Notes under the pieces: generated by a model
The model's database searches: none
Told to the model about the DNA's origin: nothing
The model's input: only the letters and a program-made list of their open reading frames with translations
Made by a program: the position numbers and the translations under genes
Assembly (NCBI GenBank): GCA_009602735.1
Contig: WELA01003305.1
Location: forward strand, 199,752 to 221,114
Length of the DNA stretch: 21,363 bases
Direction of reading: 5' to 3'
DNA from: Mesotaenium endlicherianum
Lineage: Eukaryota
Shown here: in pieces, positions 10,045 through 20,298 of the stretch
Layout: the number at the start of each line of letters is the position of its first letter
Position numbering within the stretch: the stretch's first letter is position 1

Positions 10045-13000
10045 AGCTGAGGCGTCCCTGCCTTTCCTGCTGAAAGCTATTATTTTCCAGCCCTGCGGCT
10101 AGGGGTTTAGGAAGGCAATCAGGACATTCCCATCGTCCTGCCATAATTTCTTCCTCGCCAATGCAGAAAGTGTGCCAACGGGCACCACACTCGTCGCAAG
10201 TTACCATTGCTTCCTGATCGTCCAGCACTTTGCACCTGGCACAAGGCGTGGCCGGCACCAATTCCTCGGGCACCACCCTAACTGTGGGATCAATATTCGG
10301 CAAATGGCATAGCGAGCAATTCTGCACGTGGTCTCTCATGGTTTTACCATCAAAACCTTCCAGTTCTAACACACCATTGTCAAACGCATGTTTCACGCGC
10401 AAGATCACTGCACCTGAACTGGTGTCGATGGTGGTCTTGGTCTGGCGCTTGCGGTAGACAAAGTCTCCTTCTTGTATCCGCGTCATCTGCAGGCGGTAGC
10501 TCCCGTCTCGCGTCCTAGCGTAACGTTGCGTATCTCTTTTCTGTGCAATTTTCAGATTGACTAGTGCAGCCGGTATCATGCGTTCAAATAACGCCTTACG
10601 GCGCACCATCACTTTTAACAGTTCATCAGGGCTGTCCAGGTCTTTCACCTGTTCAATCTCCTGCTTGATGCTGCTGGGCACTACTGGACTTCTGCCAAAC
10701 AGTATCTGATATGGCGAGTAATTTGCCAAGGCAGCCTGCTTGCTAAATCTGTAACCCATAACCAGCCATGGCAGGGCTAGATCCCAGTCACGCTTGTCAT
10801 GCTCAAGGCAAAACTTGCGCAAAGCAGACTTAATGGTTTGCACCATCCTTTCTGCCAGACCATCTGCTTGCGGATGATCTCTAGACGTAGTGCGATGATC
10901 GATGAAGCATCTGTCCAAGAGTTTCTGAAAAGACCCTTGGAACTCAGACCCTTGGTCTGTCAGCACTTCTGCTGGAGCTCCATGACGCACAATCACACCA
11001 TTGAGGAATGCTTCCGCGGTCCCTAGGCTTTCCTTAGCAGTCAGAGGGACAACCTCTATCCACTTAGAGAAATGCTCAATCATGACCATGATATACTTGT
11101 TACCTTGCTTAGACAGCGGTAGCTCACCTGCGAGATCGCAGCTCCAACGGTAACCTAGGCCCATGATTGGCAAATGTTGCAAGTGTAGGTGTTGCTGCGT
11201 AAAACCAGCCTTGACGCGATCACAGCTTTGGCAAGCCTTGATCACATCTTCACACTGCTGCTTCATGCCCCTCCACCAGTAAGACAGCTCCAAAAGACTA
11301 TATGTCTTCTTGACACCATAGTGTCCAGTGTTCTTGTGCATTTCTTGCACAAGGGCTCGTCCTTTGATGGGTTCTGGCACTAACTTCTCCTGACCAGTTT
11401 CTTCAATTCTGAAGAGGTTGTTGCATTTCCAGCAAAACCTTTTAGCTCGATGGTTTACCTGGTCCTTCTCCTTCACTGATAGTCCTTCCAAGTGAGTTCC
11501 CGTCTTAAGCCAGTGCATAGTAGCTTGATCTTTCCAGATCTCTGTACTGAACAGGGGTAGAGGCTCAGCTTCACCTGATGCTACTATTCCAGCCATTTCG
11601 GCTAGGCAAGCCACCAACTCTGCTGGGCTGCTCGGGTCTTCGTCCTCTCGAGCTCCTGTTCTGTCGTCTGAAGATGGGTCTGGGTTCCTGCTGAGTCCAT
11701 CGGCGTCGTTGTTGAGCACTCCTGCTCTGTGCACCACCGTCATTTGGTACTCTTGCAGCTTAAGAGCCCAGCGAGCCAACTTACCAGTGAGGTCTCCATT
11801 CTTCATCAGCCATAGTAATGGTGAGTGATCCGTGATCAGTGTGAAGGGTCTTCCCCACAGATACTCTCTGAAGTGTGTGACCGCCCAAACCACTGCCAGC
11901 AGCTCTCCTTCATAGGACGAGTAGTTGCTCTCCGCTCGATTGTTAGAGCGTGAGGCATAGGCAATGACATACTCCTCTCTAGGGCTTGTGGCCTGAGTGA
12001 GTACTGCGCCAATTCCCACACGACTCCAGTCAGTGTGCATATTGAACGGTTTGGAGTAGTCAGGCGTTCGCAAGACTGGGGCTGTTACCAGCCGCTTCTT
12101 AAGCTCGTTCATGGCTTTCTCCTGAGCTTCTGTCCACACAAAAGGTACATCCTTTTTCAGGAGTTCCGTAAAGGGTTTAGCAATTCTGCTATAATCCTTC
12201 ACAAACTTACGATAGTATCCGCTTAGCCCTAACAGAGCTTTCAGCTTAGACACATTCGCAGGTGCAGGTATCTTGTAAATAGCCTCAGTCTTCACAGCCT
12301 GAGGGGACATAGCATTGTTCCCAATCTCATGTCCTAGGTAAGGCACGTGTGCCTCAAAGATTTTGCACTTCCCAGGATGCAGCTTCATCTGGAATTTCTC
12401 CAGGCGCTGGAACACTTGTTCCAAGTGCTCGAGGTGCTCCTCTATGGACTTGCTGAATACTACCACATCGTCTATGTATGGCTTAGCGAAATCCAGCCCC
12501 TCTAGCACTTTATCCATAGTCCTCTGAAATATGGCTGGGGCATTTTTCAGCCCAAATGGCATTACTGTCCATTGCCAAAGTTCCCTTTGAGCCCAAAAAG
12601 CAGTTTTACCTCGATCTTCTGTTTTCACAAGGATCTGGTTGAAGCCTTGGCGCAGATCGATAATGCTGAACACCTTTCCGGTGGTGGCAATTACAAAGAT
12701 CCGTTCCGGCGTAGGCATCACATAGCTATCCGGCTCCGTGTAGAGATTCAGTCGCCTGTAATCTCCACACATACGAGTGGCAGTGTAATTGCCGGCCTCG
12801 TCCTTTTTAGTGACTACTATTGTAGGAGCTCCATGTATTGAGGTAGATTTTTCAATCATGCGGAGCTTATGCAGCTCTTCACAAGTGTTCTCCACACAGT
12901 CCCATTCTGTCTGACTGAGCTTATGCGGCCCTAGTCTGATTGGGTTATCAGTAGTTAGTGTGATCTCACACGCACTGGCAGTGGTTCCACCAATCTCCTC

Positions 13001-13138
13001 CTTAGTGAAAGCAAATACCTTGCGGTGTTTCTTCAGCAACCTTTCTACTTGTGCTCTCTGCTGGGCTGAGACCATTTTCCCAATGGCAAAAGTCTCAATT
13101 TCAGGTTGCTTCTCCCCAACAAAGGCATCCAGTAGTTG
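10043..13138 (-). CDS. pol: Pol: reverse transcriptase - RNase H - DDE integrase - PHD finger (open frame)
   Basis: RT: CGDYRRLN, IDLRQGFNQI, MPFGLKNAP, YIDD (about 12467-12478). RNase H: TDWS, YEGELLA, TDH, DADGLSR. Integrase: H-H-C-C, CDLAG, TDQGSEF, AERM. PHD C4HC3 at 10115-10243. First ATG at 13075, but the frame is open from 13138. Confidence 0.96.
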   Translation of the reverse strand, partial: QLLDAFVGEKQPEIETFAIGKMVSAQQRAQVERLLKKHRKVFAFTKEEIGGTTASACEITLTTDNPIRLGPHKLSQTEWDCVENTCEELHKLRMIEKSTSIHGAPTIVVTKKDEAGNYTATRMCGDYRRLNLYTEPDSYVMPTPERIFVIATTGKVFSIIDLRQGFNQILVKTEDRGKTAFWAQRELWQWTVMPFGLKNAPAIFQRTMDKVLEGLDFAKPYIDDVVVFSKSIEEHLEHLEQVFQRLEKFQMKLHPGKCKIFEAHVPYLGHEIGNNAMSPQAVKTEAIYKIPAPANVSKLKALLGLSGYYRKFVKDYSRIAKPFTELLKKDVPFVWTEAQEKAMNELKKRLVTAPVLRTPDYSKPFNMHTDWSRVGIGAVLTQATSPREEYVIAYASRSNNRAESNYSSYEGELLAVVWAVTHFREYLWGRPFTLITDHSPLLWLMKNGDLTGKLARWALKLQEYQMTVVHRAGVLNNDADGLSRNPDPSSDDRTGAREDEDPSSPAELVACLAEMAGIVASGEAEPLPLFSTEIWKDQATMHWLKTGTHLEGLSVKEKDQVNHRAKRFCWKCNNLFRIEETGQEKLVPEPIKGRALVQEMHKNTGHYGVKKTYSLLELSYWWRGMKQQCEDVIKACQSCDRVKAGFTQQHLHLQHLPIMGLGYRWSCDLAGELPLSKQGNKYIMVMIEHFSKWIEVVPLTAKESLGTAEAFLNGVIVRHGAPAEVLTDQGSEFQGSFQKLLDRCFIDHRTTSRDHPQADGLAERMVQTIKSALRKFCLEHDKRDWDLALPWLVMGYRFSKQAALANYSPYQILFGRSPVVPSSIKQEIEQVKDLDSPDELLKVMVRRKALFERMIPAALVNLKIAQKRDTQRYARTRDGSYRLQMTRIQEGDFVYRKRQTKTTIDTSSGAVILRVKHAFDNGVLELEGFDGKTMRDHVQNCSLCHLPNIDPTVRVVPEELVPATPCARCKVLDDQEAMVTCDECGARWHTFCIGEEEIMAGRWECPDCLPKPLAAGLENNSFQQERQGRLS

Positions 13139-13141
13139 CTA
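13133..13141 (-). promoter_or_regulatory. Putative stop-codon readthrough signal UAG-CAA-CUA, copy 2
   Basis: TAG at 13139-13141 is in frame with pol, 21 codons before the ATG at 13075, in CARYYA context. Confidence 0.7.
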
Positions 13142-15040
13142 CTCCTTAGGTGCAGGTGGGGGCTTCCCGCCCTCATCCTGGCCCTCATGCTTTTCTGCCT
13201 GATTCTGGCTCTCAGGCTTTTCTGCCTGATTCTTAGAAGGTGGGGTAGCAGGCTTTGCAGCTTGCTCCTCCGTTGCCATAAGTTCGGCAGCCTGTTTCTT
13301 AGGCTTTTTACCTTTTCCAATGACGCGTCGCCCCTTGCGGTGAGGGGTATGTCAGGCGCCTCCGGATGGGCTGCCTCAGGAACATTTCCTCGTCGATTGC
13401 AGTCCAACTGGTCCCGGTTCCTCCTTCTTTACGTGGCCGAGGTTGGGTAGCCATTGGAAAACCTGCGGGGTCTGTCCTAGGGCTGATCGCCCAGCCCCAT
13501 TCTCGCTCAATAATAGCCATGCGGGCGACGGTCGTGTTATACTCCTCCCTTGCGGGTGGTGTGACCATCCATGCCTGCGCCAATGTTTGCGGCCTTTGAG
13601 GTGTTGCTAGTCGTGCGAGAAAGGCATCATCTGCTGCGGTCAAGCGGCTGATGGTGTTTCTCTGATCCATCAGTTCCCATCCTGGGATTGCAGGTATTAT
13701 GGGAGCAGGCTCCTTCGACCTCTGTATCCTAAGATCTGATAGTTGCAACAAGGGCGTGTTCATGCTTGGCGGCACACCAATGCCCAATGCCATTGCCCTG
13801 CGAACCAAACCGTCCTCTCCCTCTCTCTGCAGAATATCCCGCAGGGGCGGAGGAGGTGGGGCTGTGGTTCCTCGCGGAACGCCCTTTCTTTGAGCCTTCC
13901 CTTTATGTTTGAAATATCGCTTTAGCATCCTCCTAAAAGATGCGTTACCCTCACGAGCCTCCTTCCTTGGTCTGCTTACGCGACTTTCGGGCTTTCCTCG
14001 TGCTGTCTCCACTTTAGCAGTGCAGGCAGTCACCTCCTGCTGTTGCGGCGATTGTGCGGCTGACTTGGGTTCTGCCACTGGAAGACTGGCAGAAGGAGAA
14101 CTGGATGTTGGCGACCTTAATTCTTCATAAAGGTCTGCTGGGCTTGGCCCCATCAGGTGGTCAGCCACCCAGTCGTCTGTCCTCAGCTCCTGTAAGTCAA
14201 GCAGATCCAACTCTGGCGTGGGAAAACGTGGAATTTCTTCCCTAATGTCCCCTTCATTGTTGAGTGATGGCAACTCCAACTCCGAGAGGCCTTGCATCTC
14301 TGCATCCTCTTCCTCCTCCGGCTTCTCTATTCCAGGAGGCGACAATTCTTCATCCCCTCCTGTGTTGAGCCTCGCCATGTTGATGATAGCTGACTGTAGA
14401 GCGAGAGCTGCTTTTGCCACTTTTTCGAGGGGCGTCTGCTTCCAGCAACTGCGCCATGATTTGCCTGGTGATTGACTCAGCTGTGCTGCCAACTGTGTCT
14501 TGTGGTTGCCCTTTGGCCTCTGGCCCTGGGCTCATCCGAGCAAGTGTGGCGGGCAATCTCTTGGCCGCCTCCTTCTTGTGTTCTTCAAAAATCACCTCCA
14601 GGCAAATGGTCATTCTAGACCCTCCAGAATTTCCTGAATTTTGACTGCATTCTTCGGCCCATTTGCCAATATTGCACTGGCGTTCTTCATATCTTGATGT
14701 TACCGCTTTTGGGGATGGGCTCCCGGAGACCTGGTCTGGGGCCATGTTTCGTAACTCAGAACTGGTATAATCTTCCCATTTCGGCATCCTCCCAACTACC
14801 TGGCTGGAGCGTTCTGCAGATGCTGGGACCTCCTGTGATTTGCTTACTGCAACGCTCACCAAAGGGTTTGCTGCACCAGTTGCCTGGTCTTCCATGGTTA
14901 CATCTTCTCGCAGCCTCCGCAACTCTCTTTCTAGAGGGTCGTGTAGAGCCGCCATCCGAGTGTTAATTCACGTCAATATGTCTTGACACCTGGTCAGTCC
15001 CACCACTCTGGCTTCTCTGAGTGTTTCCTCTTAGTCAACC
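13139..15040 (-). pseudogene. Low-complexity linker region, copy 2 (frameshifts and stops)
   Basis: Homologous to 2470-4380. Indels near 13333, 14425 and 15050, and stops near 14968 and 15031. Confidence 0.75.
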
Positions 15041-17752
15041 TCAGCTGCGTCTTTCAACAGCATATTCTTTTTGTCGCTGATACGCTTCCCTCATAGCTCT
15101 CTGATCAGAGGTTGGCACCACATGAACTCCAATCGCTACCGGCCTCGGCCTGGGCATAGGCTTGTCAGAGAACGTCATCTGTTGCCAAGTTATAATCGTC
15201 TCTACCAACCATGTCATGGACTGATGCCCAATCATATTGCCGAACATCTTCCCAGCGTTGTCCTGTCCCACCTTTGCAACAATTTCTTGTGCAATGGAGC
15301 TGGGTACCCCCAGGCACCTTCCCTTCTCTTCAGCTGTCGGCTCTCTCCACTGAGCTTCTCTGTTGTGCACATCTTTGACCATTCCTGGCCCTCCATTCAC
15401 GAAAGCGCGTGATCCTGGGTATGCTGTGAAGGTGGGCAACACCATTCTCGGCCGGCCTGGCTTGTTGACGACGTACTGTGGGTAGGAATCCCTCCTGATC
15501 ACTGGCTTGGTTTCCACCAACAGTGCTTCTCCCACAGATACTGCCGTTGGTGTGCGCCGCGTAATCTCCTCCATCTCCCTCAGGATTTCAATGGACATGC
15601 CGTTGGTCCAAAATAGTCTGGCCCGGTGTGAGAGTCCTCCGTGCCTGGCGTCGTTGATTAATACATGATGACCCAAGGTGGAGTCGAAGACCAGCCATGG
15701 ATCTCCTGGCTTCATGTGGCTGTAATCCATCCCTGGATGTACATTCTCAATCACAAACACTGGTGGGTAGAGATGCTGGCGTTCCCGCAGCATAATGATG
15801 ATCTTCACCATCCTTCCCCAGTGTTGTGCTCGCGGGTCATTGAATCCCCTCCTGTTCCCAGCTTGCGAGAAAGGTTGACAAGGGAATCCCGCAAAAATCC
15901 AGTCAATCCTGTAATCATACAGGTCGTCAGACTTCACATCGAGAATGTTTCCTCCAGCAAGACGCACAACACTAGTGGGCACAAATGCCTTGAAATGGTA
16001 CATTTGCCGCATCTGACTCATGGCCTCCTCAAATGCTGTAATAACATTCTCATCATTGTCCACATACAGCACTTTGGATACTCGGATACCTCGCTGAATC
16101 AGTGTGATGGTTCCAGTACCAAGTCCGGCGAACAATTCCAGCACTACTATTCCTCTCCTGCGAAAAGGATCTTCCATCCTCACAATGCCTTGCGGCAATG
16201 GGTCTACTCCAGGCATCAAATTGGCAGCAGTCTTAACAGGATAAGGAACTGGCAGCAGCTCTTGCGGGCCACGGTCCCTGTTACTCACAGCCTCTAGTTG
16301 CTCCATAATCCAAGGTTGCCAAACCAAGGGAGTCGGCATGTTGATGCTGGTGTAGATCTTCTCTTCGTGTTGCATGATGAGGTCATGATGGTCTGGATAC
16401 TGGTCATTCACACAGCAGTCTAGCAATCCGTAGTTTGCTTCTCCTGAGCAAACCATTTTTACAGGAATTTCTCCTGTTGGCTGCCGATCTGTCGACTGGT
16501 AAGTCACCCTCTGCTTCCGCAGGTCGATGACCATACCTTGGGGAATCAGAGCTTCTGTCCCCAATAGAACATCATAGTTTCCTGCCTCTGTCACCGTACA
16601 GTCTATGAACAGTGACGCCTCCTCAGGTTTCCCCAAGTTTACTGTGATTTCCACAGGCTTGCGGGTGATTCCACAAGACTTTGAAATCTGCCCAGATGCA
16701 CTCCTCAACTGGAAAGGACTTTCTTTCAAGTCCCTGGCCGTCAATCCCAGAGCTTTCACAGCTCGCTTTCCCAAGATTACTGGCTGTGCGCCAGTGTCCA
16801 ATAGGATATTGGGAGCGGCCCAGTTGTTAAACGTCAAAATTCTATCCTTGTTCTGCACTCTCACAGTGCTGAAATTAGTAGGCAGCGAAGCGCTGTTCGC
16901 GCCTTCCTCAGTTAGGTCCAGCTGCTGTCCGGCTTCCTCAATCGTGAAAGGATATGTAAGACGCAGATCAGCGAGTGAAAGACAAGGAATGTGCTGAATC
17001 CGGTGTTCCACCAGAGCTTTCAGCTTTTCCAGCGAAAGACTAAATGTGTTGCGTGGCCCAGGCTTGGCTTGTCGTAGCTGCGCAATCTCGTGCTCATCGA
17101 GAGTGATCCAAAAGGTCTGAGGAAGCTTCCCAGCATTCCTTGGAACCAGACGGTCATGATCTGCGCGCTCCGCAGCCGTTGCAGCCACGACCTTCTCAGG
17201 CGTCAGCTTTTCGCCTTTGCAGACGGTCTTTTCGGCCACATCTGCATCATAATAGACATTAGGCACATTTAGTCTTGCAAATTGAGCTTTCAATTCTGCA
17301 ATCTCTGCACTTATAGCATCATACTTCTGATTACCCTTCCGGTTACCAGAGTTATCTTTCTCCTTTTTCTTAGCCTTATCTGCCTCTTTCGTGGCAGCAT
17401 TAGCCCATGGTGGTTTCAGATTTGGGTTCTTGGACCAACACTCATCTTCTGAGTGTCCCTTTTTACTGCAATGTGCGCATACCTGCGCCTTGCTAGCAGA
17501 CAATTGCTTAGCATCCGGGTACGGACAATCTCTCTTCTCATGTCCTGATTTCTCGCAGTTCCAACAGCCCTCTGCTGTCTCAGCAGTGTTGGCGTGCTTA
17601 GCAAACCTATTGAAAGACCCGCTCTTTTTCTTAAACAGAAAGTTAGAGCTATTGGCCTTGGGCTGAAAGGATTCCTCCCTTCTCTCAGGAGCCATAAGCG
17701 TCCTAGAAGCCTCCTTGTACCAGACTTTACCTTCCTCGACATTGCGTGCTAT
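15041..17752 (-). CDS. Polyprotein segment: two CCHC knuckles, aspartic protease, C5 cytosine methyltransferase (about 15200-16150)
   Basis: CWNCEKSGHEKRDC, CAHCSKKGHSEDEC; LLDTGAQ; ELFAGLG (I), AGFPCQPFSQAG (IV), IENV (VI), HRARLFW (VIII), RCLGVP (IX), FGNM (X). Confidence 0.93.
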   Translation of the reverse strand: MARNVEEGKVWYKEASRTLMAPERREESFQPKANSSNFLFKKKSGSFNRFAKHANTAETAEGCWNCEKSGHEKRDCPYPDAKQLSASKAQVCAHCSKKGHSEDECWSKNPNLKPPWANAATKEADKAKKKEKDNSGNRKGNQKYDAISAEIAELKAQFARLNVPNVYYDADVAEKTVCKGEKLTPEKVVAATAAERADHDRLVPRNAGKLPQTFWITLDEHEIAQLRQAKPGPRNTFSLSLEKLKALVEHRIQHIPCLSLADLRLTYPFTIEEAGQQLDLTEEGANSASLPTNFSTVRVQNKDRILTFNNWAAPNILLDTGAQPVILGKRAVKALGLTARDLKESPFQLRSASGQISKSCGITRKPVEITVNLGKPEEASLFIDCTVTEAGNYDVLLGTEALIPQGMVIDLRKQRVTYQSTDRQPTGEIPVKMVCSGEANYGLLDCCVNDQYPDHHDLIMQHEEKIYTSINMPTPLVWQPWIMEQLEAVSNRDRGPQELLPVPYPVKTAANLMPGVDPLPQGIVRMEDPFRRRGIVVLELFAGLGTGTITLIQRGIRVSKVLYVDNDENVITAFEEAMSQMRQMYHFKAFVPTSVVRLAGGNILDVKSDDLYDYRIDWIFAGFPCQPFSQAGNRRGFNDPRAQHWGRMVKIIIMLRERQHLYPPVFVIENVHPGMDYSHMKPGDPWLVFDSTLGHHVLINDARHGGLSHRARLFWTNGMSIEILREMEEITRRTPTAVSVGEALLVETKPVIRRDSYPQYVVNKPGRPRMVLPTFTAYPGSRAFVNGGPGMVKDVHNREAQWREPTAEEKGRCLGVPSSIAQEIVAKVGQDNAGKMFGNMIGHQSMTWLVETIITWQQMTFSDKPMPRPRPVAIGVHVVPTSDQRAMREAYQRQKEYAVERRS

Positions 17753-18943
17753 TTAAGCAGCCTCGTCGATGTTCCAGTCGATTCCGCGTTTCGCAAATAG
17801 GTGCGGCCTGACCTCCCGATCTGTATCTTTACCCACACACAATAAGAATTTGTCAGCCACAATCCTAGGCTCATAGATTCCCGCCTTCTTGGCAAGGTCT
17901 ACCAATCTAGATTTGACCTCCATCACTGTCTCGTTCTTTTGACGGACAAAATGCACATAGCGGTGCACTTTAAGACTGCGATCCTCTGGGAATGTTGCTT
18001 CAAGCAATTTAAAGAAACGACGCAGACAGTGCTCAGAGTCTAACTGGTCATCCCCAGCCTCCATATCCCTACGGCAAATAGCCAATGCTTGCGCATGGCT
18101 TGCTTCCGTGGTGACACTATCACCATGCTGCCCTGTAAAAGGTGCAGCTCTGCGTGTTACTCGTTCCTGGGCATTAGCAATCTTTTCAGACAATTCTGCA
18201 CACACTTTACGCAATTCTGCGACAGACCCAGCATCATCATCTCGAGTAGCCGCTCGCTGCTGACCCTCGGTGAGTTGCTTCATGGCATCTGTTAATTCTT
18301 GTGTTAGTGCAGCTAAGTCTACGCTCTCAACAGGTGCAGCAGGTATCGCTCTTCCTGATGACAAAGCGGACAGGCGGGCTTTCGCAGCCTCTTTCTGGAT
18401 TTTCAAATCTCTCGCCTTCTTTTGCTCGTCAAACGCCCATTCCTGGGTAAGGTTCTCATCCTTCCGAAATTGGCGATACAGCAACAAGGCATCCTTGTCC
18501 AAGTACTGAACCAAGCTTATAAAAGCGACTGACTGAGTGTAAGAAGAATCCTTTCGGATTTTCTCAAAGAAGTCAGCCCAATAGATCTCATCAAACTCTT
18601 CGAAAGTGAGACTATTTCCACTGGTTCGTCCACTAAAACACTTTGTAGACAGCTTGAACTTAGGATTTTCATCCTTATCATCACCAGTCATTTCGAGTGG
18701 TGACCAAGACTCACTATCTTTATCCCACACGTCGTGCTCTCTGCCCGAATTGGGTACAAAAGCTCGCGCGTAATACGGATTCTCACCGTTCGTGGCAGTA
18801 TGGCGAGACTCGTCTCTCGACGGTTGCTCACTCCACAGGTTATCCGTATGCTCAGATGTCTCACTTTCTCGTGGACTCTGGCTTGAATCAGAACCTTCCG
18901 CAGGCTCCACAGGGTAGTAGAGTCTTCCACTCCTCAACTGCAT
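17753..18943 (-). pseudogene. gag: Gag N-terminal/capsid region, copy 2, cut from the downstream ORF by one nonsense codon
   Basis: First ATG at 18943 (MQLRSGRLY). TAA at 17753-17755 corresponds to GAA in copy 1, and the frame is the same as 15041-17695. Confidence 0.82.
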
Positions 18944-19546
18944 GTACAGTTGAATTTCTCCGGGTCCCCTTCCAGGTTGAGCACCGGTAGCCCTCACAGG
19001 CCTCAATCCCCAATTTGCTTGGGAATTTCTATTCACCTGAACCACAGAACCCAGGTTCTCAGAAGTAGGACGGAAGTCTCTTACTTCCACATAGGCTTTA
19101 TGCCTTAAGGTTCTTGGGTTCACAGGTGAGCAAATTGTAGTTTGCAGAAATCACACTCTAAGCAGCTTGACATGCAACGTCAAATTCAGAGAAAATCGCC
19201 CTTCAGGCTTTTGCTTAACTTCCACAAGTCAGCTTACAAAACTCTGAAACTACGTCTATGCTGGCCTGGGTGAAGCTCTTCACTTAACACCGCGCCCTAA
19301 CAGCTCTTCACTGCCAGGCTGGGCTCACTCAGTTTTTCACTGAGAGCTTTATCTGTCAATACTACTCTCTCTCTTCGAGATGCGAATGCGACTGCCGAGA
19401 ACCTGGAAATCAACACACTACTCACCATTTTAAGGCTCCTTCACACACACACACTTGTGGCGTTCGGCTGACTCTGTGCTAATCTCCTAGCAGATTCTAT
19501 TCTGCACTTCTCCTTCTTCAACCGTGAGATTCCCTCTTGGGAACTC

Positions 19547-19753
19547 CTACAATCCTAACTTATCTCTGATACACAGAAGAATCTTCAGCGTTGTCAGAAG
19601 CGTGGGGCTTTGGCCCTCCAATGGCCTTGGGAACTCCTTCTTCTTCTTCGCGCCCTTCTTCTCTTTCCTTTTGCCTCTTGGCAAAGGTGCGTGAGAGTGA
19701 ATGACATGTCTCAGGCAAGATTCGTGCCTTTCGCAGGCACCACACAGCATCAT
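19547..19753 (-). CDS. Possible small Cys/His- and Lys-rich upstream ORF, copy 2
   Basis: MMLCGACERHESCLRH...KRKEKKGAKKKKE, homologous to 8909-9127. Confidence 0.25.
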   Translation of the reverse strand: MMLCGACERHESCLRHVIHSHAPLPRGKRKEKKGAKKKKEFPRPLEGQSPTLLTTLKILLCIRDKLGL

Positions 19754-20294
19754 CTTTCGAGAATGCCGTGCTTAGTCACACAAGTTAGCTGCATGTCGCT
19801 TCTGCCTAGCCATGCTCAACCCAAACTTGTAGTCATTCAGCATGCATGCACACCTTGTGACTGTCGCGCGTGACTGCTTAGCTTCTCAGCTGGCAGTCAC
19901 GCCTAATTGGCTCATGGCTAAGGATTCCTGAGCGGCGTGCAAGCAAATGCCACCTGCTCAAGTTTTCCCAACCGGGCGGCCGTAACCTATCTTGGCATTG
20001 CAGCCATGACCTGGCTTAATCTGCCAGTCACACAGTACCTGACCTGGTACTTGCTGGGCGGCTCATTGCTGATCCCCAGCTCCTAGCCTCGCGGCTGTCT
20101 TGTCAAAACCTCCCCCATCCTTGGGTGTGGGGCACACTGACATTGACCCCTTGCCAGTGGTCTTGACGCCGCCATAACCGCTGACTGCGATGTAATCAGT
20201 CAAGTGGTCGGTGAGTCAAGGTCGACTTTCAGCACTAGGTGGCCGTAGCTTGCGCTGCGCGTGCGACACCGTCAAACGGATAATAGTCGCGACA

Positions 20295-20298
20295 ATCA
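20295..20298. repeat. 4-bp target site duplication ATCA (right)
   Basis: Matches 9724-9727. Confidence 0.75.

Larger units (their letters stand above)
9728..20294 (-). mobile_element. DNMT-carrying Gypsy-type element B, copy 2 (10,567 bp; TGTC...GACA ends; no LTR pair)
   Basis: Imperfect 11-bp inverted ends (TGTCGCGACTA / TGTCGTGCCTA), ATCA TSD, and gag-PR-DNMT-linker-RT-RH-IN-PHD order. Confidence 0.9.

Noticed and set aside
15200..16150. Bacterial restriction-modification system
   Set aside because: No nuclease partner. The methyltransferase is fused in a retroelement polyprotein.
2312..18990. Numerous plus-strand ORFs of 60-210 aa
   Set aside because: Antisense shadows of the minus-strand polyprotein with no recognisable motifs.
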